From Sphagnum compactum (Eukaryota), in the NCBI GenBank assembly GCA_965153455.1, contig OZ234493.1, positions 2,170,001 through 2,234,000 on the forward strand: a stretch of 64,000 bases of DNA. Reading direction: 5' to 3'. Below are positions 48,650 to 62,259 of the stretch, piece after piece. The notes beneath the pieces were generated by a model. That model saw only the letters and a program-made list of their open reading frames with translations. It was not told where the DNA came from and made no database searches. The first letter of the stretch is position 1, and each line of letters opens with the position of its first letter. Both the position numbers and the translations under genes were made by a program.

Positions 48650-49450
48650 TTTCATCCAAACCGCAGCTCTTTTGGATGACATTTGCGCTTTCGTGGGGAG
48701 TTGTTTTGGTTCCTCCTATTGTAGCTCGTTTGGATGAAATTTTGTGCTTTCTAGGAGTTTTTCCAACTGTAGCTCATTTTGGATGAAATTTTGTAAAGAA
48801 AATAAAGTGCATATTTCATCCAAAGAAATACATGCTTTTTATGGGTTTTCTTAATTCTTCTTTTGAATGAAATTTGTGCAGAAAATGAAGTGCATATTTC
48901 ATCCAGAAAAATAGGTGCTTTCTAGGGGTTCTCTTAATTCCTCTTTTGGATGAAATTTGTGCCTTCTAGGGGTTTTTGTTTCTTCCTCCAACTATCGCTC
49001 TTTTTGGATGAAATTTGTGCTTAAAAGGGGTTTTTTTGGGGTTCCTGCAACTCTATCTCTTTTGGATGAAATTTGTGCCAAAAATGAACTGCATATTTCA
49101 TCAAAATCGTAGGTCTTTTGAATGAAAGTAGTGTTTTTTAGGCGTTTTTTTAATCCCCCAATTGTAGCTCTTTTGGATGAAATTTATTTTTAAAATGAAA
49201 ATGCACATTTCATCTACCACAACTTTTTTGGATGACATTTGTGTAAAAAATAAATTTGCACATTTCATCCAAATCACAATTCTTTTGGATGATCTTTTTT
49301 GTTTTTTAGGGTTTTGTTTTCCTTCCAACTCTTGCACTTTTGGAATTACACTTGTGCTTTCTAGGGGTTTTTTTTGTTCATTCCAACTGTAATTCTTTTG
49401 AATGAAAATTGTGCTTTCTAGTGGTCTTTTTTTTCCTTCAACTGCAAATC
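48650..49450 (+). repeat. Degenerate array of TTTTGGATGAAATTTGTGC / TTTCATCCAAA subrepeats, duplicated in direct orientation at ~62260-62940
   Basis: Collinear blocks are shared, e.g. TTCCTCCTATTGTAG, GTAGGTCTTTT...CCCCATTGTA, TAGGGTTTTGTTTTCCTTCCAACT. Confidence 0.8.
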
Positions 49451-52400
49451 TTTATGAATGACATTTGACTCTTTTAGAGCATTTTAATCCTCAAATTGCC
49501 ACTCTTTTTCCACTTGTTAATTGCCCTTTCCACTTGATTTTCTCCATCAATGTTGTTTAGATTTGTGAGGTTTTTTTTTTTCTTGACTTCAACACAAACC
49601 ATCACTTCAATGTGCTCCTAGTTTGGTTGTTGAGGCTTCTTGGATTGTTGGTCAATAGAATATGCACTTTGCGCTTTCTTACCTTTATCTTTAGTTTTAT
49701 CTCTTGCCTAAATTTGTTTCTTCATCATAGATAGATGTATTGCTAGAAAAAAACACCTAGAAAAGAAAGAACATGATTCTCTTCTACTTTTGATTTGTTT
49801 TTAATAACATTAATAATGTTCATCTCATTTGTGTCATGTATTTTTTTCCAAGTTTTGTTGATCAAGAATTGTTGTTGCGGCACCAACTTGAACAACAATA
49901 AAGATTGAAATAACAACGTTGTTATTCATTCAAAACAATTGTTGAAGTTCCTTGTATATCCAATGTTTTGAATGTTGTTGAAATTCCTTTGATCAAAAAC
50001 TAATGCAAGGATCTTTGAATGTTCCAAAATCCTTCTAGTCTTGAGATTCTTCCTCATAAGTGTCGCAGATTATGGTTCCAAAAAACTGCATGGTTTCTTG
50101 ATCAAGATTTATGTGAGTAGCAAAGAAGAACAACTATGAATATCAGACTTTTCTTTAGTTGACAATAGTTTTCAACGAGCTCCACTTCAAGCAACAATCC
50201 ATCAATCTTCACACCGAACAAAGTTATTCAACAAGTTCTTAGAATAGAAGAAAAGGTGTAATAGATAGGGAAAAAGATAAAATAGGAGAAGAACGTAAGG
50301 GTGTTTTGAGTGGAGGGGAACATGGAGGGTAAAGGAGGGGAACGAGATTTACTTGTAAAGATTCATTGCACTAAGTTAACACCCCCTTTTGGGGGGTGCT
50401 AGCTAATATTGTATTTTTGGAAACAAAATCATCAATTTTGAAGATTTAATGTTAATTTAGTTTTTTCTTAACTTCCACTTAACATCAAGCTAACATTGGT
50501 TACCACATAGGACGACATATAAGATTTAATGTTAGCTAGCATTTCATATGTGAATCGTAGGATAAACTTGTCCAAGTTAACATCAAGTTGAGTGCAGGTT
50601 TGAGCCTAGCATAAGTATATGATCTTCAAGTGCCACATCCGCAATTTTAGTGAACACCCTAGGTTCGTTTATAATTGTTCTGGCTACTTTGTAGTAACCT
50701 AGTAGTGAAATGCGATCTTCACTCATTCAATATAACAAGGATGGGTTTGGTTGACTTGTGGATTGATTGGGAATAAATAACATCCATGATTGAGGTTGAG
50801 GTGGAGATTAATGTTGACATTTTAGCTATTAAAGGTGTCAAGACTTCGATGAGCCTGTTTCTAGTGGAAATTTTTAGTTCTTCCTTTCACATGTGAGTCT
50901 CTTTATCCAAAGCTTTCATTTGAGAAAGGCCTCCACCTTTGTAGTGGGTTTTTATACTATCCTTCTTCCCTTATAATTGTTAGGCTTGGGTATTGCAAAT
51001 TGGATAAATATTTCTTAGATAAAAAGGCCATTGGGATATTGAATTATAGTTATAGTGTAAAAACAAATTGATTGATTATTAGCACACCATTGAATTGTTT
51101 AGAGTTTAAGGTTCATACTCATCTCTAATAGCATGTTGGATGGGTATCTATATGAAGGCAGGAATGGGTGTCAAGTCACCAATGAAGTCAGAGTTTCATT
51201 ACAAAAAATTGCAACAATTACTCAAATGATCTAGTGTTTTTTCCTTACCCAAATTTAACAAGTTGGTTGGTTAAATTAACTGTGTTGGCCATTTCATTCC
51301 TCCACCAGCACACACACATGAAAATTAGGCAGCCTCACATTTGCTGTCATGTGAACCAAGACTCCATAAGGAATCAATGTGAACATCAACACCCACTTTG
51401 TGAGTTTGGAATCTCAAATTTCCTCCATAAATTCCACTATAGGTTTTGCTCAGTTTTTAGTCTTTTACATTGGAAACACTAAACATAAAACACATCTCAC
51501 ACTAAAATCTAGAAATTCATAGTTATATAATTTAACGAAAACACATTTTCATCAAATTTAAAAATTCAAGAAGCACATTTAAATTGAATCACTTAGTAAC
51601 AAGACAATTGTGTTCACATATATGTATACTAAGAAAAACTAATGCAAATACTTTGTGATTCAATTGCTGAATTTTATGTGTAGATCCATTAAATGTGGAC
51701 ATGCGTATGTTCCAACTTCTTTCCTTAGTGTTGGCAATTTTTTTGAAGTTAAAATTGTTTCAATAACATGATCTAATGTAATGGCAGTATCCACATGCCC
51801 CAAGAAAGCAGTACCTTGCAGCTCAATTGGCAACAAATTCTTCAAAGAAGTAGAATATATAATTTAATAATCCAATAGAGCTTCAAACATGTTTGTTGAT
51901 GTGCAAGGAAATAGAAACTAAATTCTCTCAAGCAAACGTGTAAGAATAGGAGAACTCTAGGTACTAACGTCAAGGTTGAGGTTAAATTTATGTTGCAAGT
52001 GTCTTGCAAAGCAAAACTTGACAATTTTGCCCTAACTTGGGCGCCCAATGTTGTTGAAGATTAAAACATCCACCTCCATTGAAATACACCCTGCCAACAT
52101 CTTCTTTCCCAACTCATGTGCAAACTTCCATTTGATTTTGTTAGGGTACTCCTTCTCTCACAAGAAGAAATCTTTTCCTTTTTCAGTACCCAAATTTACT
52201 AGGTTTTAATCAAATGGGATAAAAATGACTAATATGCAACATGTGTGGTTTTAATTTTTTTCCAATTTTGTCGAAAAAAAGTTTTGACATCATTAGCCAT
52301 GATGTACATGTTCATATATTACGCATTTGTACAAAATACATTGATGCATTCATCAAGGTTTGAACCCAAGACCTTATGAAAAAAACAACATAATTTTCAC

Positions 52401-52959
52401 TACCAAACCATTTCAATATTTTATTAATAAAAAAGGAAAAAATAACTTTATTATGTTTAGCACGGAATTGTTTAAGAAATTCAAACTTTAACATACATTT
52501 TTTTTTTTCAATATTTATTCAAATGTTACAAATGAAATATAATCTAAAAGCTTATTCAAGAATGTGTTCAAAATATATATTATGATTATAAAATATCAAA
52601 TATCAAATGTTAAAAAATCACTCGAAATATCATGTCATCAATGAATTTACAAAAAAAAATTTGTTTAAATTTCCCTACAATCTTTGTGATTCAATGTGAA
52701 TTAATTTCTACGGGCTTTGGTGTGGCATCATGAACAAATTCGTAATAATAAACTTGTCCATTATGCCTAAAACATTAGGGGAAAATATTTTTAAAAATTT
52801 ATGTAAATGTAAAAAAAATCAATTAGAAAAATTATAATTTAGTAGTCTACATGCATCCTAGACTTGGCATGCATGAAAATTTGACCTAATCGTTAACCCA
52901 CTCAAATATAAACGTGAAACTTGCCTAACTTTTATACATCTATTTCAAAAACTTATGGT

Positions 52960-53570
52960 GAGTGCAAAATGTAATTTGTGAATAATGGATTTAACACATT
53001 CAAAGTGAACGATTCAATTCATGTACAAATGTTGATAACTCAAAAGATATGAAAAATTCACTAACATGTTCAAGTATAAATGTGAGGCATTAAATTGTTG
53101 TGTATGTTTCAATATATAATAATAAATGAAATATGCAACATTTGAATAATGGTTTTAATAAGTTCAAAGTGGATGATTCAACTTATGTAAAAATGTTGAT
53201 AATTTAAAAAAATGTGAAAAATTTCACTAAACCGTTTAAGTATAATTGCAAAGCATTCAATTGCATATGTTTCAATATATTTTCATATGTGCAAGATGCA
53301 ATTTGTGAGTAACGATTTTAACATATTAAAAGTTAATGGTTTAACTCATGTACACATGTTGATAACTAAAGAAATGTGAAAAAAATCACTAATTTAATTT
53401 AATATAAATGTGAGGTCTTAAATTCTTACATGTGTTTTAGTAAATTATGGTAAGTATAAAATGAACTTATGAGTAATGGTTTTAACATGTTGAAAGTTAA
53501 TGGTTCAACTCATGTACCATGTTGATAGTTGAAAAGATGTCAAAAAAATCACAAACCCATTATAATTCAT
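52960..53570. repeat. Tandem repeat, ~160-165-bp unit x~4 (...TTCAACTCATGTACAMATGTTGATAA...)
   Basis: The unit core recurs near 53015, 53177, 53341 and 53504. Confidence 0.7.
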
Positions 53571-55820
53571 TGTGTATATAAAGTTAATGGCTATTTCAAT
53601 TTCCACATCAGTAATTTGAAATTATTAAAGATGAAATATGGTTCAAATTATACTCATAACTGAACAAGATAGTGAACATAACAACTATGAACAATATTGA
53701 CGATTAACTAGTGCAACAAACCATTTACAAACTTAAAATGGTCAAATGAATCAAATCAAACAATAGTCGCAATGTTTGGGAATGAAAAAGGACAGATCTA
53801 TGAATATCACACTACCATCTTCATTAGAGGGAAATCGAGTCAATTATCCATGTTGAGATTTGGGGTAAAAAGAAATTCTAGTTAAATCAACATTTGTATA
53901 AGTTTTTCAATTTTCCAAGAAAAAATGCCAGATTTAAAAAAATAGTGTGGTGTTATGTTTCATGTGTCTGCACATAATTATAATCTTTCACATCCTTGCA
54001 CTTGAAAGAATTTTCCTTTGACATTGTTTTCAACATTTTTAGTAGGGTTGTTGTAATCGACAATGTTGTAATCATTGCCAATCATAGGTTGGGTTTGGAG
54101 AATTATGATTAAGGCAAGTCATCTTAATAACATCTGGCTCCATCTTTGATTCAAGTCTCACAACAACCCATGTCAAAAAGTATTAACACAAAATGGAACT
54201 TCCATAAGAAACATCCAAGTTCTTAAATGCCACGTTCACAATTTTCCATGTAAAACAACAATTTGCCTTTATAGGGGGTTGGATCACAACAGTGAGTTGG
54301 ATGTTTTATAGCTAGTTGGGTTCCTTTGACCATGGTAACCTCAATTTATTAACTTTTAGCTTTATTTTCCATGTTTTTTCAGGAAAATTTTAGATTGAGT
54401 ATTGGCTATCAACGTCATTCGAATAACATACCGCTATAGTTGCAATTTGATGAGGCCTTTTCTTCTTCAAAATAAGTCATGTCTTCATGATGGAAATCAA
54501 AATTTTGGAAATAAGTGAATTCTAACAAAAAAATGGTGTATCCTTCATGAAACATGGCGAATATTTTAGCGTCACAAAGAATGAATGGCCATCAATAGCA
54601 ATATTCAAAGAATCAAGGGACCCTAATATGTGCTCCAAAAACATGTATCCACTATCAATCAAAAGATGTGGGTTGAATTCCAATACATGTTTGAGATCTT
54701 GTTGCATGGTGACACATGTCTTAAATGTAGAAACTACTGAAACTATAGGAGTAGGGTTCACAATTAGTGACTTCAACACAACATTTTGATGCTCATAAAC
54801 CTCAACAACAACTTTGGAAGATCTTGCGCCTTGCAACTGCAGGCAAGTTCTATGGCACGAATAAGAAATTTCAAGGGATCTACAAAATGAAAGCCTTTGA
54901 GAACATTGTCAAAGCCAAAAAAAAGGTTATAAATTCTTGTTTGATTTTCCTCAAAAACCCAATAAGCTATAAGCTTTGTTGTCAAGCTCAAAGCCTCTAA
55001 ATTCCATGTTAGTGGAAATACACCTACATATATTTGACTGGAGCTGTAGTCAAAAGCCTTAGGTCTAGTGATTGATACCAATGGCGAACAATATGATACA
55101 CATTCCAAAATGTTTTTGGTTCCAATGTCTCACATCATTAACAAATTTTTTTCCTTATTAACACAATGGTGGAATTTAGAAGTTTATGTGAATTCGCATG
55201 AACTTATAAATGCCAAGTTCAAATATTTACAAATCTCACCATTAATATTTAAACATACCTCAAACCATATCTTCTGGAATTTGATGATACGACATTCAAA
55301 AGAGGTACAAAAGACAATTGCAAAAGTCATATGATAGTTCAAATAAAATTTTATATAAATTTGGGGGTGATATTGATCCATAGAGGTCCTTCTATCATGT
55401 GCAATAAACATTGATTTAATTAAGATCTTGCCTTTCGCTCATTTTTTTCCATCTTGAATTTTAGTTTAAGAGCTTGATTAATGTATTTTTGATGGCAAGG
55501 TGCATGAAGGGTTTTACAAAATATTCCATGCTTTTACCCCAAAATAGGTGTAAAATACATGTAATGTATCACATTACTTTGGTTTTGATGAACACACATT
55601 TGACACATAACCTTACAACCTGGCCTTGTTCACCTTTGTGGGCATGTCTTGTTTGCAATGTGTTTTCATGGTATGAACAAATAGTTTGGTTAATGCACAT
55701 TTCACAATTTCATGTTTTTTTTAATCATGTTTTAGTAAATAGTTGGAAATCTCTTAATCTTGTTTAGTTTTAATTTGTCATAATCAGCAATTATTGTGTT
55801 TGTGACATTAAATGTGTTTA

Positions 55821-56610
55821 TGAAATAATATTCACATGTTTATATCAAATATGAATTTGTGGCTAAACACATGAAAAATGTTAATGGCTATGTGTTTCCC
55901 TAAATACTTAAAGGCAATATATTGTAGCCACCGTGGATGTGTTGGTGTATATCAATAAGATTTTTTTGGAATATTTTGTTACATGATTGAAATTCAAACC
56001 ATATTGATTTGCATTGCATTGAAAACATCAACTATACCAATAATTGACATATTTTGTGGAAATATATTTTTTCAAAAGATTGGATTCAACAACCTAATAT
56101 GATATTTCGAATTTTTTGAAAATTCAAAAAGGTGAGGTCATTTTTTTTTAATTTAAAAATTCCAACTTCCTATCTTGAGAAATATTTAAAGCCAAACATT
56201 AGTTGCAAGTATGTACATTATAGATACTTTCTTACATTTAGATGTAAAAAAAACTAACTTGGTGGGATGTATTGGTATCCAACGTTTCATATGCAACTTT
56301 AGTCATATTACTTGTTGGTGGATTGTCTAAAAGGATTTTGGATGAAAATGTGCCCTAAAAAAACCACAGTTTCTTAAAAAGGAGTTTGCATATTTGAATG
56401 AAAATAATAACTAAAAAAGAATTCATTGTGAACTACATTGGATGAAATCATCAACTTGGTAGGATGTAACTTGACATCCAACATTTAATTTGTGAGATTC
56501 ACAAAATTAGAATCACATGTCCCCTTCAAAGCTTATTTAGAGAATTAAAAATCTCTTGGATGTAAAAGTAGGTTCCTAGAATGTCGTGGTGTCCAACAAT
56601 TTTATAGGGC
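55821..56610. repeat. Left arm of a long inverted repeat; the right arm spans ~62947-64000 and runs off the window
   Basis: 55821-56220 is the reverse complement of 63580-64000, and 56230-56610 of 62947-63335. Confidence 0.85.
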
Positions 56611-57830
56611 ATTAATTTAGGTGTCAAGTGCCATGGATTATGTGAAAAGATTTGGATGAAATGTGTCCTACCTAGAAAGGGCACAATTTCATATAAAAAA
56701 AAATTGTGTGTGGAGGGGGAAAATACTTTTTAAAAAAAAAATCTTGATTAAAAAGAGCTACAAATGGATGGGAAAATGCCCTTTAGAAGCACAATTTCAT
56801 ATAAAGAAGAGTTGCATTTAATGGCAAAAAAAAACCCTTAGACAATGAAGAATTTTTCCAAAAAAGTTGAATGTGGATGAAAAATTGCCTTTGACAATTA
56901 TCATATTTTCATCCAAATTAGTTATATGTGTATAAAAATGCGCCCCTTGAAAAATGCACAATCTTAAAAAATTTTAAAAACTGAGAACTAGAAGAAAAAT
57001 ACCAATTTGCGATTTCAATTTGCAAGTATAAAATAGTTGCAATCAACATTTACAACTAAAATTGTTTTAGTTGCATAAGTGAAGTCGCACTCAACATGAC
57101 GTCACCAAAGGGACCATGGATGTTGTATACGGTCAACGTATACATGTTCATCCTTTGAGCATTTTAATAACATTTGCAAGTATCAAATATCCACACATTA
57201 TTTGCCGTATGTATTAAATTAAAGGAATTTAAAAACAATGATTTTAAATGTCGAAAAAATCCATGCCATCAAATTCCAATGACTTGTGATGGTGCCATTT
57301 GGTGATACCAAAATCCACCATGTGGCACTATGAGGAATTTTGGGCGAACTTTTTTATTATTCAAACATTGATTTTGGCCATCCATTATGAATTTTCATTT
57401 TAGATGGTCCTAGATTGTGACACATGGCATAATTGAAATCTACCACGTGGCATATAAAATTATATTTCGGAAAAAATCAAATGAATATTTATTTGAATAA
57501 GTAGGTAGGTAGGTTCATAAGTCTATGTAGGTAAGTAGGTAGGTGAATTTAGGTAGGTACGACATACTTACCTACCTAGGCTACATACTTACTTACCTAT
57601 TTCCATAAGTAATTAAAAATTTATGTATTTACTTATTTACCTACCTATCTACATAGGTAGGTAGAAAGGTAGGTGGGCTAAAAATTAGGCATATAAATAG
57701 TGTTACTTCATTTTATGTTTTACTTTTAGGGTTAAGCTTCTTTGAACTCATATCCCATGGCACATGTTATTAATGTGAAAACATAAAATAAGGCACCTTT
57801 GGTATATAATTTCCGAGATGAAAAAGGAGA

Positions 57831-57913
57831 ACAAAACACATGGGTTAAATTTTCTAGTTGCACTTTAGTTATAAATTGAGTTGCAACTAGAAAATTCAAC
57901 CCATATGTTTTGT
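57831..57913. repeat. Hairpin: 32-bp near-perfect stem with a ~19-nt loop
   Basis: ACAAAACACATGGGTTAAATTTTCTAGTTGCA pairs with TGCAACTAGAAAATTCAACCCATATGTTTTGT. Confidence 0.75.
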
Positions 57914-60203
57914 GCTTGTTTTGTATTTTGTAAATTATATAACGATATAACTAGTCATTAACTAATTACCTACCTACTTACCTACCACTTACAGACCTAC
58001 CTATAATTACCTATCATTTTTAAATTATTTAATTCTAGATTTAACATTCATTTTATCTTCCTTCTTTTTATTAACTAATGAATTAATTCATAATCATAAT
58101 TCATCAAGAATATGTAATTATTTGATGAAAATTAAGTAACTCGTTATAATTTTAATTCTAAATTTAATCAAATAATTATTACTAATAACTTTTTTGGGGT
58201 GAAACTTAACCTTTTAAATTTTAATTTTCACTTAATGAATAAATAAATTAGTAATTGAATGACTATCTAATAAAATCTATTATTAAATAACAATAAATAC
58301 TGAATATTAAGTCATTATCTATTAAGTTATGAAAATTTTAATTTATTTAGTCGATAAGTATCATTTGAAAAGATAATCAGTTTAAATTAATCATTAATGT
58401 TAAGTAAATATATTCATCTCATGAATAGTTAATAAATTAATATTTAATAGCTCACCAACTATTAGTTAATTTAATATTTATTGACCATAATTCTTGATTA
58501 GTAAAATTCAATTATCAGATAATTCATTGAACATTATTTAATTAATAATTAATTAATAATTGAAGTATTAATTAACTTTTAATAAATAATTGAAGTATTA
58601 ATTAACTTTTAATAAATTCTAGATTGATTAGTAATTATTAATTATCAATTTTGAACTTATGACCTAAATAGGAAACCAATTTAATCAATCATTAATACTA
58701 ACTAGATAATCAATTTTTTGAATTTTGAATTAATATTTTTATAATCTACACAATTATTAATTAAACCAATTCTTATTTTTATTTACCATAATTCTTGATA
58801 GTAAATACAAGTGGTCAAAAAATTAATTGAATATTAATTAAATTGCTAATTGAAGTATTAATTAACTTTTAATAAATTGTAAACTGATTAATAAACATAA
58901 TTGCAAATGGACAAATAGTCAAGCATGTAGTCACAAATTGAAATGGTTACATAATACAAGATTTCTTGTAATGTGAATATTTAAAACAAATAATCATGTA
59001 GTCACATTTGTCAAATACAATCACAAATGAAATCATATGTTTATTCTTAAAATCCATATTTTGTTACACATTTTTGTGTTTTGTGTCATATTTTATATTG
59101 ATTACATATTTGTCCAAAATATTTTTTTGAAGGTTTCAACATAATTGTTTTGTAATTATGATGTATGTTCTTTGGAACTTTCAGTGGCCAACAACATGTA
59201 TGTTGTGATAGTCATGGGATTTTTCATTTATAAATTGCAAATTTTAATATACACAAAAACATCGTTGTAAGACAATGATTTATATTTAAAAATACAAGAC
59301 ATGAACTTTGGTTCTTTTATGACATGCAACAATCACAAAAATGTGTAACAAACTACATTTTTTTTTCCCCATATTTTTGTTCTACGTCATCACTTAGTCA
59401 TCCCTTGATATACTACATGCAAATTATCTAATTTTTAAAAAATAAAATAAATCAACAACTATGGTTTTTATTTTCTTGTTTCACAATTTTTAAAAATTCA
59501 ATTGTATGACACAATATTCACACATTAAAAAGGCTCCAAAGTGATGTCAATTTATGGCATTGAAAAATCCATGCTTTCAATTTGTTGTTTTATAAGTGAA
59601 TCTCGTCTAAACTTGAACTAACATACTATGACACCATAATTCAAATTTATTAAAAAAATTCATAATTCATATTTTTTGCTACTACATCAAAATAATTTTC
59701 ACATAATTTTAGACTATTATTACATCAAAGCCCAAAACTGTCAAATTATCCACTACTCACATCCATAGAATATGACAAAAATAAATAAAAGCTCACCAAT
59801 GTGCCAAGACTAATTAATTCATTGAAATATCAATGTAAACAAACATAAACAAAACCTTGATAACATTTCAAAACCAATTGAAATGTCATTGGGGTTTGAC
59901 TTGTTTTCATCATATTGTGTGAATATAAGTACTACAATTTTCGGTTAATTTTTTCTTTTTTAGTTTCATTTAAAAAAAAGAGAAACTTATGAGAGTTGCC
60001 ATGTGTTGATTTATATTTTGGTCCATTAAAATATGATATGACCATCATAATAATGCATCCATGATTTATTTTTCCTTTTAAAACATATATAATATTCACA
60101 ATGCCTATAACACATTAAATTATACCAATAAAAAAAAATTCCATTTAAAAAAAATTATATTGATTTTCTCTTTAGAAACAAGGAGTCACCTCCTTAAAAA
60201 CAA

Positions 60204-60708
60204 GTGGTGGAAAGAACTTAAGATTTAATTTGTAATTGTTTATATTGTTTATAATTGAACAATTTTTAAACAGACTAATGAATTAACCTGCAAACAATTT
60301 GCATCACGTTTGGAAATGATATATTAAGATATATTTGAACAAACTAATAATTGTATAGTCAAAATCATGTAAATTTTTTTTCGACGTTAAATTATTGTAA
60401 AATATTCAGGTTCAGCAATAATTAAATTATTTATCAAGAATGATGAATTTCTAGAATTATTTATTTGAAATTTCCAAAAATATTTTTAAATGAAAATAAA
60501 AAATTGGTGGAAAATACTTAATATTTAACTTGTAATTGTTTATATTTTTTGTAATTGATTTGTTAAAAAAAAACTGATTAATTTACATGCACGCAATTTG
60601 TATCACATTTGCAAATAATATATGAAGATATATTTGAAAAAAAAACCAACCCTTGTATAATCAAAATCATGTAAATGTTTTTTGACATTAAATATCATAA
60701 TAAATTTC

Positions 60709-60750
<42 letters not shown>
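60204..60750. repeat. ~300-bp-period tandem duplication followed by a (TA)n microsatellite (60712-60750)
   Basis: TGGTGGAAA...TTGTAATTGTTTATAT...CAAAATCATGTAAAT occurs twice. Confidence 0.7.
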
Positions 60751-60753
<3 letters not shown>

Positions 60754-62259
60754 AGTTGGTGGAAACCAATGAACTTTTCATATATGTAAACACAAGCAAT
60801 TGAAACTTTTCTTTTGTTGTGTCAATATCACCTAAGTAAAATACAATAAACATAGGAACTATTGAACACTAGGATTTATAGTGAAATTAATATTTGTATA
60901 TGACAAATATAAGTTTTGAAAACACTTTAATTAGTTGCATCTCTTTAACATATTTACATATGTTATGGATGCTTGCTTGTCATTGATATGCAAAAGCTAA
61001 TCAATTGTTGTAAAAATTATCATTTATATTAAAATTTGAATTCTAGAAAACAAGCTATTTGTTAACAAAAATTCAACAACTATTATTTTTATTGTCAAAA
61101 TGGGGGAAAAAAAATTGTTTGACACTGAAGTGTGAAATTTAAAAAGAGACTATGGTACTTCAAACCATTTCATGTTACCTAATAACACAATGGGAGGCAT
61201 GGTATTGATTTATTGTTTCAAATATGTTCCATACACTTTAAAATTCACGGAATTTTGGTATTGGTTTGTTTATTTTGTGTCCCATCCATATATATATATA
61301 TATAATGTTGACTTTGAAGACTTGATTAAACAAGAGATATCATAACAAGTTTAAAATTGACCATGTATCATCTATAATAGTTCATTCGACACAATAATTC
61401 AAAATAAATACACATTAGGAAATGGTTCAAAGATATTAAAAGACATTAATGATTTCATTGTTGTGATTGCATGAAATTTTTATGGCATTTTGAATGTGCA
61501 CATTCATGTTTTGTCTTGCAAACATTTGGGTGATCTTATCTATCCTTGGATCCTACATTATGAATGGCAATCATGTATTTATGTTGATTGTCCATGGATA
61601 AGGATGATTTTAACCCATTACAATTCAATAGATGAACTTATCTTTTCAGTTCATCTCCATTCATCAATTCAAATTCCAATAAGTCATCTCTATGTGTGTT
61701 TTTTTAATATATATTACATGTGTATGACATTAATAAATCTCATGAACATGACAAAATCTCCATATGATTTTAATAAAAAGACCCAGGTTAAAAACTTCTT
61801 CCTTTTATGCCAAAGGAGGAATTCCAAATAAGGATTTGTAAAACCAAAAAGAGAAAACACAAAGTTATTGATAAAAAACAAATAACAAATCTTTCACTCG
61901 TTTCAAGGATCATCAACATGTGTGACATCAACTTCTTTATCACAAATTCCCCATCAATTGCCTACAATGTGTATAAGCCATTAACTTAAGTACCGAGTTT
62001 CATTTGCACTTTGTATGATGATACATTTCAAAAATATTTTTTTACCTTACTTTGACCTATTATTTTGGTGTGCACTATGAAGGTGCATTTTATAAAGACT
62101 TTTCCTTTACAACCAAATGTAACAATTCAAATGGTGAAATGTCAAAAATTCCAAAAGTAGTTTTTTGTCAACATTTGTGAAGAAGTGTGAATCCCATGGA
62201 AAGTCCATTGTTAGCATTAAGTTGAAAACATTTTGAGAATGTCAAAAAGCTAGTTTATG

